Positions 38,003-46,372 of a DNA stretch of 46,372 bases are shown piece by piece. The stretch spans positions 1 through 46,372 of the forward strand of contig MFKK01000008.1 in the NCBI GenBank assembly GCA_001781035.1, given 5' to 3'. Position 1 is the first letter of the stretch; each line of letters begins with the position of its first letter. The DNA comes from Candidatus Jorgensenbacteria bacterium RIFCSPLOWO2_01_FULL_45_25b (GTDB taxonomy: Bacteria > Patescibacteriota > Minisyncoccia > UBA6257 > GWB1-50-10). Made by a program: the position numbers and the translations under genes. The notes beneath the pieces are model-generated. The model ran no database searches, was not told where the DNA came from, and saw only the letters and a program-made list of their open reading frames with translations.

Positions 38003-38102
38003 CAAACTACAAATTATCCGAATCTACAAATTACTACGAATATGCGTAACACACATCACTTTCATTTGAAGAAGTTCGTAGATTCGGATTGTTTTGTAGT
38101 TT
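38003..38102. repeat. CTACGAA/ATCCGAATCTAC fold-back element overlapping the pilin start
   Basis: AAACTACAAA..ATCCGAATCTAC pairs with GTAGATTCGGAT..TTTGTAGTTT; the left arm is shared with 42581-42630 and 42941-42997. Confidence 0.7.
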
Positions 38103-38638
38103 CGGGGGCATCAGGGTTTACCCCGTTAGAGAGCGTTGTTGCTCACAATGGGAACAAAAGTCATGCAAGAGAGCGCGGGGCTTTGTCCTCTCTAACGGGG
38201 TTTACGCTTATAGAGGTTTGCATTACGGTCGGGCTTGTTGCTCTTCTTTCGGTTTCTTTGTTTTTTATTGTGAGTCCCGCAAAAAGATTCGCGGACGCGC
38301 GCAATCAGAAACGTTTATCGGATGTGAATGCCGTATTGAATGCCGTTAGTCAGAATATCGGAGATTATAAGGGTACGTTTTTTTGTCCTTCAGGACCTAT
38401 TCCGATCGCAACCTCTACGCGGATGGCTTCCGGGGCGGGGAGTTATAATATTTTTCCCTGTATTTATCCCGCGTATATCCAGCAGATTCCTTTTGACCCT
38501 CAAGTAATTGGAGCCCACTTTACGAGTATTTCCGACTACGACCTCGGGTATTTCATTGTTTTGAATACCGCGAATAATCGGGTTACTGTTTCCGCCCCAT
38601 TCGCGGAGGACGGGGCGAATATATTCGCGACTCGATAA
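38042..38638 (+). CDS. Type IV pilin-like protein with repeat-expanded leader
   Basis: G|FTLIEVCITV...ARNQKRLSD, IPFDP; leader includes the 80-bp element. Confidence 0.85.
   Translation: MRNTHHFHLKKFVDSDCFVVSGASGFTPLESVVAHNGNKSHARERGALSSLTGFTLIEVCITVGLVALLSVSLFFIVSPAKRFADARNQKRLSDVNAVLNAVSQNIGDYKGTFFCPSGPIPIATSTRMASGAGSYNIFPCIYPAYIQQIPFDPQVIGAHFTSISDYDLGYFIVLNTANNRVTVSAPFAEDGANIFATR
38121..38200. mobile_element. Third copy of the 80-bp MITE-like element
   Basis: Two substitutions relative to copies 1 and 2; flanked by TTTA on both sides. Confidence 0.8.
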
Positions 38639-38669
38639 ACATTCTTTTTTTGTCTACGTTGATTTGTTT

Positions 38670-38711
38670 GCGTGCCTCAAACTTTACCGTACGGTAAAGT
38701 TTGAGGCACGC
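38670..38711. repeat. Perfect 42-bp palindrome, left of the PaaX/Cas2-like gene
   Basis: GCGTGCCTCAAACTTTACCGT|ACGGTAAAGTTTGAGGCACGC. Confidence 0.92.
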
Positions 38712-38772
38712 TACAGAATGGTATAAACTAAATTAGTACAAACTAAATTACTAGGAACATAGAATAATTTAT

Positions 38773-39291
38773 ATGGGAAAAACATCCGTAGACGCAAAAC
38801 GTCATATGCGTGCGCTTGGCGAACTTTTTCGTGAAAGCAGAACCGTGAGCGATGAGGTTGTTCGAGCGTTTTTTGATGCGTATGAACATCGAAAGTATCT
38901 GAAGCAGAGCTTACGACGAATGATGTCGCAAGGTATTGTTCGTCGCAATGCTTCTTCTTATGTTCTTACTCGATTTGGTGTACGTTTTTTTCAGAAGCAG
39001 AAAGCTCAAGAATCTTTTTCGCCTGATCTGTGGGATGGGAAGTGGCGTATTATTAGTTTTGATGTTCCTGAGAAATATTGTGATCGCAGATATCGGCTTC
39101 GCGCGCTTCTCAAAGAATTTAATTTTTTTCCGCTTCAGAAAAGTGTATGGGTTTGTCCCGCGCATCTTTCTGAAAAATTGTGGAAACTGATTGTGGATGA
39201 GCGTCTTCATGCATATTGTAAGGTTATGCTTGTTCAGATTATTGAAGGAGATAAGAATTTGAGAAAGTATTTTAAGCTTTCACAGAAGTAA
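38773..39291 (+). CDS. PaaX-like wHTH plus Cas2/VapD-like ferredoxin-fold protein
   Basis: LRRMMSQG...YVLTRFG wing; WDGKWRIISFDVPE, R..LR..L..F, LQKSVWVCP. Confidence 0.82.
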   Translation: MGKTSVDAKRHMRALGELFRESRTVSDEVVRAFFDAYEHRKYLKQSLRRMMSQGIVRRNASSYVLTRFGVRFFQKQKAQESFSPDLWDGKWRIISFDVPEKYCDRRYRLRALLKEFNFFPLQKSVWVCPAHLSEKLWKLIVDERLHAYCKVMLVQIIEGDKNLRKYFKLSQK

Positions 39292-39311
39292 TTTCTTTTG
39301 TCGCGTGTTGA

Positions 39312-39355
39312 TAAGTGCCTCAAACTTTACCGTACGGTAAAGTTTGAGGCACTTA
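39312..39355. repeat. Perfect 44-bp palindrome, right of the PaaX/Cas2-like gene
   Basis: TAAGTGCCTCAAACTTTACCGT|ACGGTAAAGTTTGAGGCACTTA; 38-bp core identical to the left copy. Confidence 0.92.
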
Positions 39356-39391
39356 AGGAGTTTTGGAAAGCTTGTGATGTTGTGTATTTGT

Positions 39392-39590
39392 TGCTTGTAT
39401 TTTTGAATCTTGCTTGTTTTTGGATTCTGTTTGTATTTTTGGATTCTGCTTGTTTTTGAATCTTGCTTGTTTTTGAATCTTGCTTGTTTTTGAATCTTGC
39501 TTGTTTTTGGATTCTGCTTGTTTTTGGGCGCTGCTTCTTTTTGTTTTTGATTGTTACTTGTTTTTTTGATGCCGCTTGTTTTTGGATGTT
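39392..39590. repeat. 17-bp tandem repeat array, decaying rightwards
   Basis: TGCTTGTTTTTGAATCT and TGCTTGTTTTTGGATTC units, about 8 good copies to ~39527, then degenerate ones. Confidence 0.85.
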
Positions 39591-39611
39591 TTTTAGTTTT
39601 TAATGGTTTGT

Positions 39612-40361
39612 ATGGCTAACGAAAGTGCGATGCGTATTAAAAAAGTTATATTGGAGGTTCGTGCCGGCACGGGTGGAGATGAGGCAGGGCTTTTTGCTGG
39701 GGATTTGGTTCAAATGTATCGCAGGTATGCGGAAAAGCGTGGATGGAAATTTTTGGTTCTTGATGCGAGCGAGAATGCGAGCGGGGGGTATAAGACACTT
39801 GTGGGGGAGATGAGCGGTGAGGGCGTGTATGATGATTTGAAAAATGAATCCGGCGTACATCGCGTTCAGCGAGTCCCCTCTACGGAGCGGCAGGGACGCA
39901 TTCATACTTCCACCGCCTCGGTTGCTGTTTTGCCCTATGTAGAGCCGACCAAAGTTCAATTGAACGAGGGTGATTTGGAAGTTACATTTTCTCGCGCGGG
40001 AGGCCCTGGTGGGCAGAACGTGAACAAGGTGGAAACGGCTGTGAGGATTTTGCACAAGCCGACAGGCATAGTTGTCGGGTCGCGGGTGGAGCGTAGCCAG
40101 CACGCGAATCGTGAATTGGCGATGAATATTTTGCGGGCAAAACTTTTTGAATTGCAGAGAGAGCAGTCGGTTGGGTCCATTGACCAAATCAGGCGGGAAC
40201 AGATTGGGTCGGCGGATCGTTCGGAGAAAATACGAACTTACAATTTCCCGCGGGACAGGATTACCGACCATCGCATCGGCAAGAAGTGGGGAAATATAGA
40301 GAAGATTATGGACGGGGATTTTGGGAAGATCGCGAGGGAGTTTCAAGAAGGGATAAAGTAA
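39612..40361 (+). CDS. prfA: Peptide chain release factor 1 lacking N-terminal domain 1
   Basis: [26 protein letters not shown] (PxT), [16 protein letters not shown]. Confidence 0.9.
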   Translation: MANESAMRIKKVILEVRAGTGGDEAGLFAGDLVQMYRRYAEKRGWKFLVLDASENASGGYKTLVGEMSGEGVYDDLKNESGVHRVQRVPSTERQGRIHTSTASVAVLPYVEPTKVQLNEGDLEVTFSRAGGPGGQNVNKVETAVRILHKPTGIVVGSRVERSQHANRELAMNILRAKLFELQREQSVGSIDQIRREQIGSADRSEKIRTYNFPRDRITDHRIGKKWGNIEKIMDGDFGKIAREFQEGIK

Positions 40362-40461
40362 TTAATCAGTGAATTTTTTTGCGCAGCGCGAGGGGCGCTT
40401 TTGTTCGCGCGCAACTATTTAAGAATTTAAAGATGTAAACATTTCAAGTTTAGAGGACTGG

Positions 40462-41868
40462 CTAACCGTTTAGGATGTTGATGTCGTTCTGAAAGCGTTT
40501 TGCTTTTTGGGCGACCGGCTCCCCGTACACCCAGCGGTAGGTGTACCATCGTTTGCCGGAGTAGTACTGGGCGGCGGCGCAACGTTCTAGAAGAAGCTGT
40601 TTGTTTGATGGGTCTTCATTTGAATAGTTTTTGCAGGTTGTTGAATTCAGAGATTCTTTGAGGTAGAGCGCTGTCGCGGCGAAGGCGTCGGCGTTTGACC
40701 AGGGGTTTGCCGGATTGCTTCCGGTTACGCGTGAAACTTCTTTTTCATACAGCTTCCATGTGGAGGGAATGAATTGTGCGGGACCCATCGCGCCGCCGTA
40801 TGAACCGTCCCGAACGATCGGGCACGAGACATAGGCAGAACGCGAATTTTTATCTATTCCCAGTCGTTCCAGGATATTTTCAAAAATTGAAATGTCTGAC
40901 GGACGCATAACCGTTACTCCGGTTTTCGGATGAATATCGTTGTATTTGCACTGCCCGACGTTTTTTCCAAAGTTTGATTCTTGGTTTAGAATCGCGAGGA
41001 TGAAGGCGGCGCGAACGTTTGTCGCTTTTTCGGCGAGACGGGCGTATTCGTACGCCTTTTCAAACGTAAGCTCTCCTCCTCCCAGAAGCTGGAAGATTCT
41101 TGAACGTATTTGCGCCGCGGTCTCTTTTGATTTTTGGAGCAGTTTTTGATATTCGGATTCTTTTCCTTTCGTTGTCGTGAGAAGCTTTTCCTTTTCTTTT
41201 TGAGTTAGAGAGACTGTTTGTTTTTGTACTTCTTGACCGCGTTTCAGATTTTCATTATCTTCTTTCTTTAACGCCAGTTCTTCTTTCTGACTTAGGAGGT
41301 CTCCGCGAAGCACTACGATTTCTTTGAGCTGAGCGCGAAGATTTTCCTGAACGAGCGCGATATTATTTATGGCGTTAAAAAAGTCGGAAAACTTTTCGTG
41401 AGCAAGAAGGAGCTCCATAAATCCCTCCTGGTCGGATTCATCAATTGCCTGAAGCGCTTTTCCAAGCGCTTCCTTGTGAAGGTCTATTTTGTTTTCCGTT
41501 TTGTTAATTTGTTTTTGGGTTTCTATGATGTTCAGATTTACTTTTGAAATTGTTATCTCAACCGCTTTGATTTGAAGATTCAGTTTTTTGATATTTGAGT
41601 TTAAGGTGTTGATTTCACTTTTTAGACTTGTTCCCTGTTTTTGGTATGTTTGAACTTGTTTTTCCTGTTCGGCAATTTCGCGCTCCAGTTCCGCGAGGCG
41701 CGTCTCAAGATCTTCCCGTTGTTCCTTCGCGTTGCTTTCTTCCGCGCGAAGGTCGCTTAAGTCATCAGTTTGCGCGCGCGTTTTCGGAACGAGATTTCCA
41801 TTTCCAATCCCTCCCACGATCATTATCGTGATTAGAAGAAGCGCCGCGCGCGCCTTGTGTTTACTCAT
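40462..41868 (-). CDS. Secreted coiled-coil protein with C-terminal lytic murein transglycosylase (SLT_2-like)
   Basis: Signal peptide, long coiled coil, ILNQESNFG, GGAMGPAQFIPSTW, A.YL. Confidence 0.88.
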   Translation of the reverse strand: MSKHKARAALLLITIMIVGGIGNGNLVPKTRAQTDDLSDLRAEESNAKEQREDLETRLAELEREIAEQEKQVQTYQKQGTSLKSEINTLNSNIKKLNLQIKAVEITISKVNLNIIETQKQINKTENKIDLHKEALGKALQAIDESDQEGFMELLLAHEKFSDFFNAINNIALVQENLRAQLKEIVVLRGDLLSQKEELALKKEDNENLKRGQEVQKQTVSLTQKEKEKLLTTTKGKESEYQKLLQKSKETAAQIRSRIFQLLGGGELTFEKAYEYARLAEKATNVRAAFILAILNQESNFGKNVGQCKYNDIHPKTGVTVMRPSDISIFENILERLGIDKNSRSAYVSCPIVRDGSYGGAMGPAQFIPSTWKLYEKEVSRVTGSNPANPWSNADAFAATALYLKESLNSTTCKNYSNEDPSNKQLLLERCAAAQYYSGKRWYTYRWVYGEPVAQKAKRFQNDINILNG

Positions 41869-41900
41869 GTTTCTTATCATACTGGATTTTTTTATAACGA

Positions 41901-41923
41901 AAAACCCCCAACTCGGGGGTTTT
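41901..41923 (-). terminator. Intrinsic terminator after rplY
   Basis: AAAAACCCCC-aactc-GGGGGTTTT. Confidence 0.7.
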
Positions 41924-41933
41924 AACATCTATC

Positions 41934-42578
41934 TTATTTCGCGTCTTTTTTCTTTTCCGCTTCTACAATTGGCTTAATCGCTTCTTTCTCTTTCTCCTCC
42001 TCGCTTACCGGTTCCGGCGGCGCGACCACCTCTTCTTCTTTGTGTTCCGTGAGTGTGATGATGACGGTTTCCGGCGGAACGAGAATTTTAATTTTGCTTC
42101 CCAATTTTAGGTCTTTCACGTGAATCGTATCTTTGTCATTTATGAGATGTTCCAAGGAGATTTGGATGGAGTGAGGAAGGTCGTTTGGCAGAGCCTCCAC
42201 CTCCAACTCGCTTAATACTTTTACCAAGAGGAGTCCTTGTTTTGTTCCCGGCGCCTCTCCCTCAAATTCAATCGGGATGTGGGTTTGGATTTTTTCATCC
42301 ATTCGTATCTGGTGAAAGTCCGCTGATATGAAACTTCCTTTAATCGGGTCTGTTTGAACACCTACAATCATGGTGGGAAGCGAATCTTTTTCAAGCAGAA
42401 TATTGATAACTGTATGTTCCCCAGCTTCTTTATATATATTCGCGAACTCTTTTGATGAGACGGTTATGTGTTTGTTTTCCTTATTGTGTCCGTAGATTTC
42501 TGCCGGAAGAAGCCCTTCTTTTCTAAGGGAGTTTGTTTTTTTGCCGAAAATTTCGCGGGGGAGGGCTTTTAGTTGCAT
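41934..42578 (-). CDS. rplY: 50S ribosomal protein L25/CTC
   Basis: LRKEGLLPAEIYG, ADF, ALPNDLP, IHVKDL. Confidence 0.94.
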   Translation of the reverse strand: MQLKALPREIFGKKTNSLRKEGLLPAEIYGHNKENKHITVSSKEFANIYKEAGEHTVINILLEKDSLPTMIVGVQTDPIKGSFISADFHQIRMDEKIQTHIPIEFEGEAPGTKQGLLLVKVLSELEVEALPNDLPHSIQISLEHLINDKDTIHVKDLKLGSKIKILVPPETVIITLTEHKEEEVVAPPEPVSEEEKEKEAIKPIVEAEKKKDAK

Positions 42579-42580
42579 AT

Positions 42581-42630
42581 AACCGATGCGAAACTACGAA
42601 TTTATCCGAATCTACAAATAGCTACGAATA
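42581..42630. repeat. Dispersed CTACGAA-family repeat directly upstream of rplY
   Basis: AACCGATGCGAAACTACGAATTTATCCGAATCTAC matches 42941-42975 with one mismatch. Confidence 0.8.
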
Positions 42631-42665
42631 CTCCGAGTGCTTTAATTTGTGTTATTTGTGTTGGG

Positions 42666-42935
42666 TTATTTCTTCTTTTTTATGGTTTTGCGGACGGTTT
42701 TTTTCGCTTTTTTCTTTTCCAGGGTTTCCGGTTTTGCTTTCGCGCGGCGGGTGGCGAAGCGTTCGGCGCGTCCCGCGGTATCTATCAGCTGTTGCTTTCC
42801 GGTATAAAAAGGATGGCAGTTGGAGCAGATTTCCACCTCTATATTTTCTTTTGTCGCTCCAATAGTAAAGGAGTGCTTGCAGGCGCACCTTATCTTCGCT
42901 TCCTTATAATAGGTTGGATGGATGTCTTTCTTCAT
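42666..42935 (-). CDS. rpmE: 50S ribosomal protein L31
   Basis: [24 protein letters not shown]. Confidence 0.97.
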   Translation of the reverse strand: MKKDIHPTYYKEAKIRCACKHSFTIGATKENIEVEICSNCHPFYTGKQQLIDTAGRAERFATRRAKAKPETLEKKKAKKTVRKTIKKKK

Positions 42936-42940
42936 AATTA

Positions 42941-42997
42941 ACCGATCCGAAACTACGAATTTATCCGAATCTACGAAATCTACGAATTGCTACGAAC
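42941..42997. repeat. Dispersed CTACGAA-family repeat directly upstream of rpmE
   Basis: Near copy of 42581-42630. Confidence 0.8.
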
Positions 42998-43072
42998 AGG
43001 TGTTATGGTAAGGGTTTTTAAGAAGTTTTGCAAGGGTTTGACTTTTTTTGGGTGGGTTTGCTATGCTTGGCT

Positions 43073-43195
43073 TGTTTGATGGAGAGCGTCGTCTCTCATC
43101 AGACGGTCGCGAGGTGTGTGTCGGAAGTAGGCAGGGGGGCTGAGGTCGCAAGGCCTATGAAGCCCTGGTTGACCGAACGTGGCACACACCAGCAC
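43073..43195 (+). ncRNA. Candidate structured small RNA of unknown family
   Basis: Promoter TTGACT (43038)-18 nt-TATGCT (43062); hairpin 43073-43105; rod 43113-43190 closed by GGTGTGTGTC/GGCACACACC; T-rich tail. Confidence 0.4.
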
Positions 43196-43351
43196 TTTTA
43201 CATTTTTTTTCGTATCGGAGGATGTTCGTTTTTCCTCCGACGGGAGATCGTGTTTATATCTCCCAAATCGTCGGGGGCGGAAACTTGTTTTCTGCCCCTT
43301 TGCGTTTTTGCTTCTTTCCGAATTTCGCCCTCATTACAGAGGGTTGTTTTT

Positions 43352-43389
43352 TTTATCCCCACACCTTCGTGAGAAGGTGTGGGGATAAA
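43352..43389. repeat. 17-bp-stem palindrome next to the rRNA promoter
   Basis: TTTATCCCCACACCTTC-gtga-GAAGGTGTGGGGATAAA. Confidence 0.8.
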
Positions 43390-43390
43390 T

Positions 43391-43420
43391 TTGACACGTC
43401 GGGCATTCTTTCTCTACAAT
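43391..43420 (+). promoter_or_regulatory. Putative rRNA promoter
   Basis: TTGACA (43391-43396), 18 nt, TACAAT (43415-43420). Confidence 0.7.
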
Positions 43421-43621
43421 GACTCTTGCGCTTGAGGTTCTCAATAGAAAGGGCTTTGGGTGGCGGATGAACGGACTTTGACAACTTCAAATCAGCGACC
43501 AAAAAATGTAGGAGAGTTTTTTTAGTCATCCGGGATAGATACTATACGAGCGCGGATTGTACGGAGACTTACGCGGAATTATATTTCAGCGGGAGTCTTC
43601 GTACTGTCAGTTTTCTGCGTA

Positions 43622-45418
<1,797 letters not shown>

Positions 45419-46372
45419 AAGAACCGCGCCTGGCAGGCGCGTAGACAAGAGGGTTAAAATCCCTTCCTCCGATACTCGATCGGAGCGTAGTTGAAAGGTA
45501 GTGGGATGTCGCGAGACATCTTGCGGAGGATCTGGAAACAAAGAACAGCCTATATCAAAAAAAGAGTCGCCGACCTGCGAATGTCCCCGAAAAAGAGTAA
45601 AACTCTCTCGGGGCAGGGTGGTGAGCGCAGGGAAGGTATTTCCCCGTTGGCTCGATGTAGGATGTTTAGAAGTGTTTACGCGTTAACCCAGGGAGATCTG
45701 ATGTCGTCCTCGCCAACGATTTTATATGTGTTATAATCGGTGGGCGAGGTAATGAAACTTACGCGGCGTCAGAAGTCAGCTGGATCATAGTACCCCGCTT
45801 AGCGGGAGAAGGGTCCACTCTGTGCAGAAATATGCATCACGAATATGTTCTTGGTCTTGTTGATGGAGAGGGAAGTTTTACCGTTTATATTCGGAACCCT
45901 TTGGAAGTAACAGCGCGAAAGCGACGAGTTTTGGTAGAGCCAAAATTCTACATAAAACTTGCGGAGGGAGATAAAGATATTCTTTATACTCTGCAAAAGT
46001 TTTTTTCTTGTGGAAATATCTATTTCCAAAAAGATTCTCGTCCTAATCATCAGCATTGTTATCGGTACGAAGTTTCGAAGAGAGACGACTTACGAGAAGT
46101 AATTATTCCGTTTTTTCGTAAGCATTCTTTGCGGTTTCCCTCAAAACAACGAGATTTTCTCTTGTTTTGTCGTCTTTTTCGGATGATTGAACAGGGAATA
46201 CATAAAACTAAGAATGGATTAGAGAAGATGTATCGCATAAAACAGCGTATGCACTAGAGCTCGCGTAGTGCGGGAAATCCGCTCGCTACGCTCCGACGCA
46301 AGGTCGGAGAGTCAATCTTGGCAACAAGCATTGGCTTGGGAACATCAATGTCAAGTTTCTGATAGATAATCG
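45419..46372 (+). mobile_element. Intron in 16S rRNA near E. coli position ~1400, group II(C)-like, 3' end not reached
   Basis: rRNA homology stops after TGTACTCAC; DIII-like CAGAAGTCAGC...ATCATAGTACC...GAAGGGTCC (45770-45818); DV-like CGCGTAGTGCGGGAAATCCGCTCGCTACG (46262-46290). Confidence 0.75.
45832..46257 (+). CDS. Single-motif LAGLIDADG homing endonuclease (intron-encoded)
   Basis: YVLGLVDGEGSF, FFSCGNI, IIPFF, K..DF. Confidence 0.92.
   Translation: MHHEYVLGLVDGEGSFTVYIRNPLEVTARKRRVLVEPKFYIKLAEGDKDILYTLQKFFSCGNIYFQKDSRPNHQHCYRYEVSKRDDLREVIIPFFRKHSLRFPSKQRDFLLFCRLFRMIEQGIHKTKNGLEKMYRIKQRMH

Noticed and set aside
34942-38200. Diversity-generating retroelement TR/VR pair
   Set aside because: No reverse transcriptase; the copies sit in N-terminal leaders and differ at only two positions.
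38670-39590. CRISPR-Cas locus (Cas2-like gene plus repeats)
   Set aside because: Repeats are head-to-tail 17-mers without unique spacers, the palindromes occur only twice, and no cas1 or effector gene is present.
39600-40346. 248-aa minus-strand ORF
   Set aside because: Antisense shadow of prfA with no recognisable motif.
43113-43191. tRNA (paired ends followed by A, reading ...ACCA)
   Set aside because: No TTC T-loop, D-arm or anticodon arm could be built.
45491-45736. Second intron-encoded protein (81 aa, TTG start)
   Set aside because: No motif; it overlaps what appears to be structured intron RNA.

Overview
Bacterial chromosome segment, standard genetic code (TGA is used as stop). Gene content, short intergenic heptamer/hairpin repeats, leaderless-looking promoters and a heavily inserted 16S gene point to Patescibacteria/CPR (Parcubacteria-like); this is an inference. 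Left to right: end of a low-GC island with a LexA-DNA methyltransferase fusion; housekeeping genes (K+/H+ antiporter, rplU, recR, dnaB, cysS, trmH-like, gap); a pentose-phosphate cluster (rpiB, rpe, split transketolase) with a low-GC restriction-modification cassette between the two transketolase halves; a RAYT/HUH transposase with its REP palindromes; and a co-oriented ~15 kb cluster. That cluster joins a small-molecule pathway (ammonia lyase, ThiF, acyl-CoA ligase, nitroreductase-like) to a 7TM histidine kinase, two receivers, a receiver-PilB fusion, PilC and five pilin-like genes. After it come a PaaX/Cas2-like gene bracketed by identical perfect palindromes, a 17-bp tandem array, an N-terminally short RF1, a lytic transglycosylase, rplY, rpmE, a candidate ncRNA and a partial 16S rRNA gene. 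The 16S gene has three large repeat-derived hairpin insertions and a group II-like intron carrying a LAGLIDADG nuclease. Best candidates for new biology: the putative signal-synthesis/sensing/pilus module, hairpin elements inserted in frame at the prepilin cleavage site, and the palindrome-flanked Cas2-like cassette. All calls come from reading motifs by eye; no searches were run.
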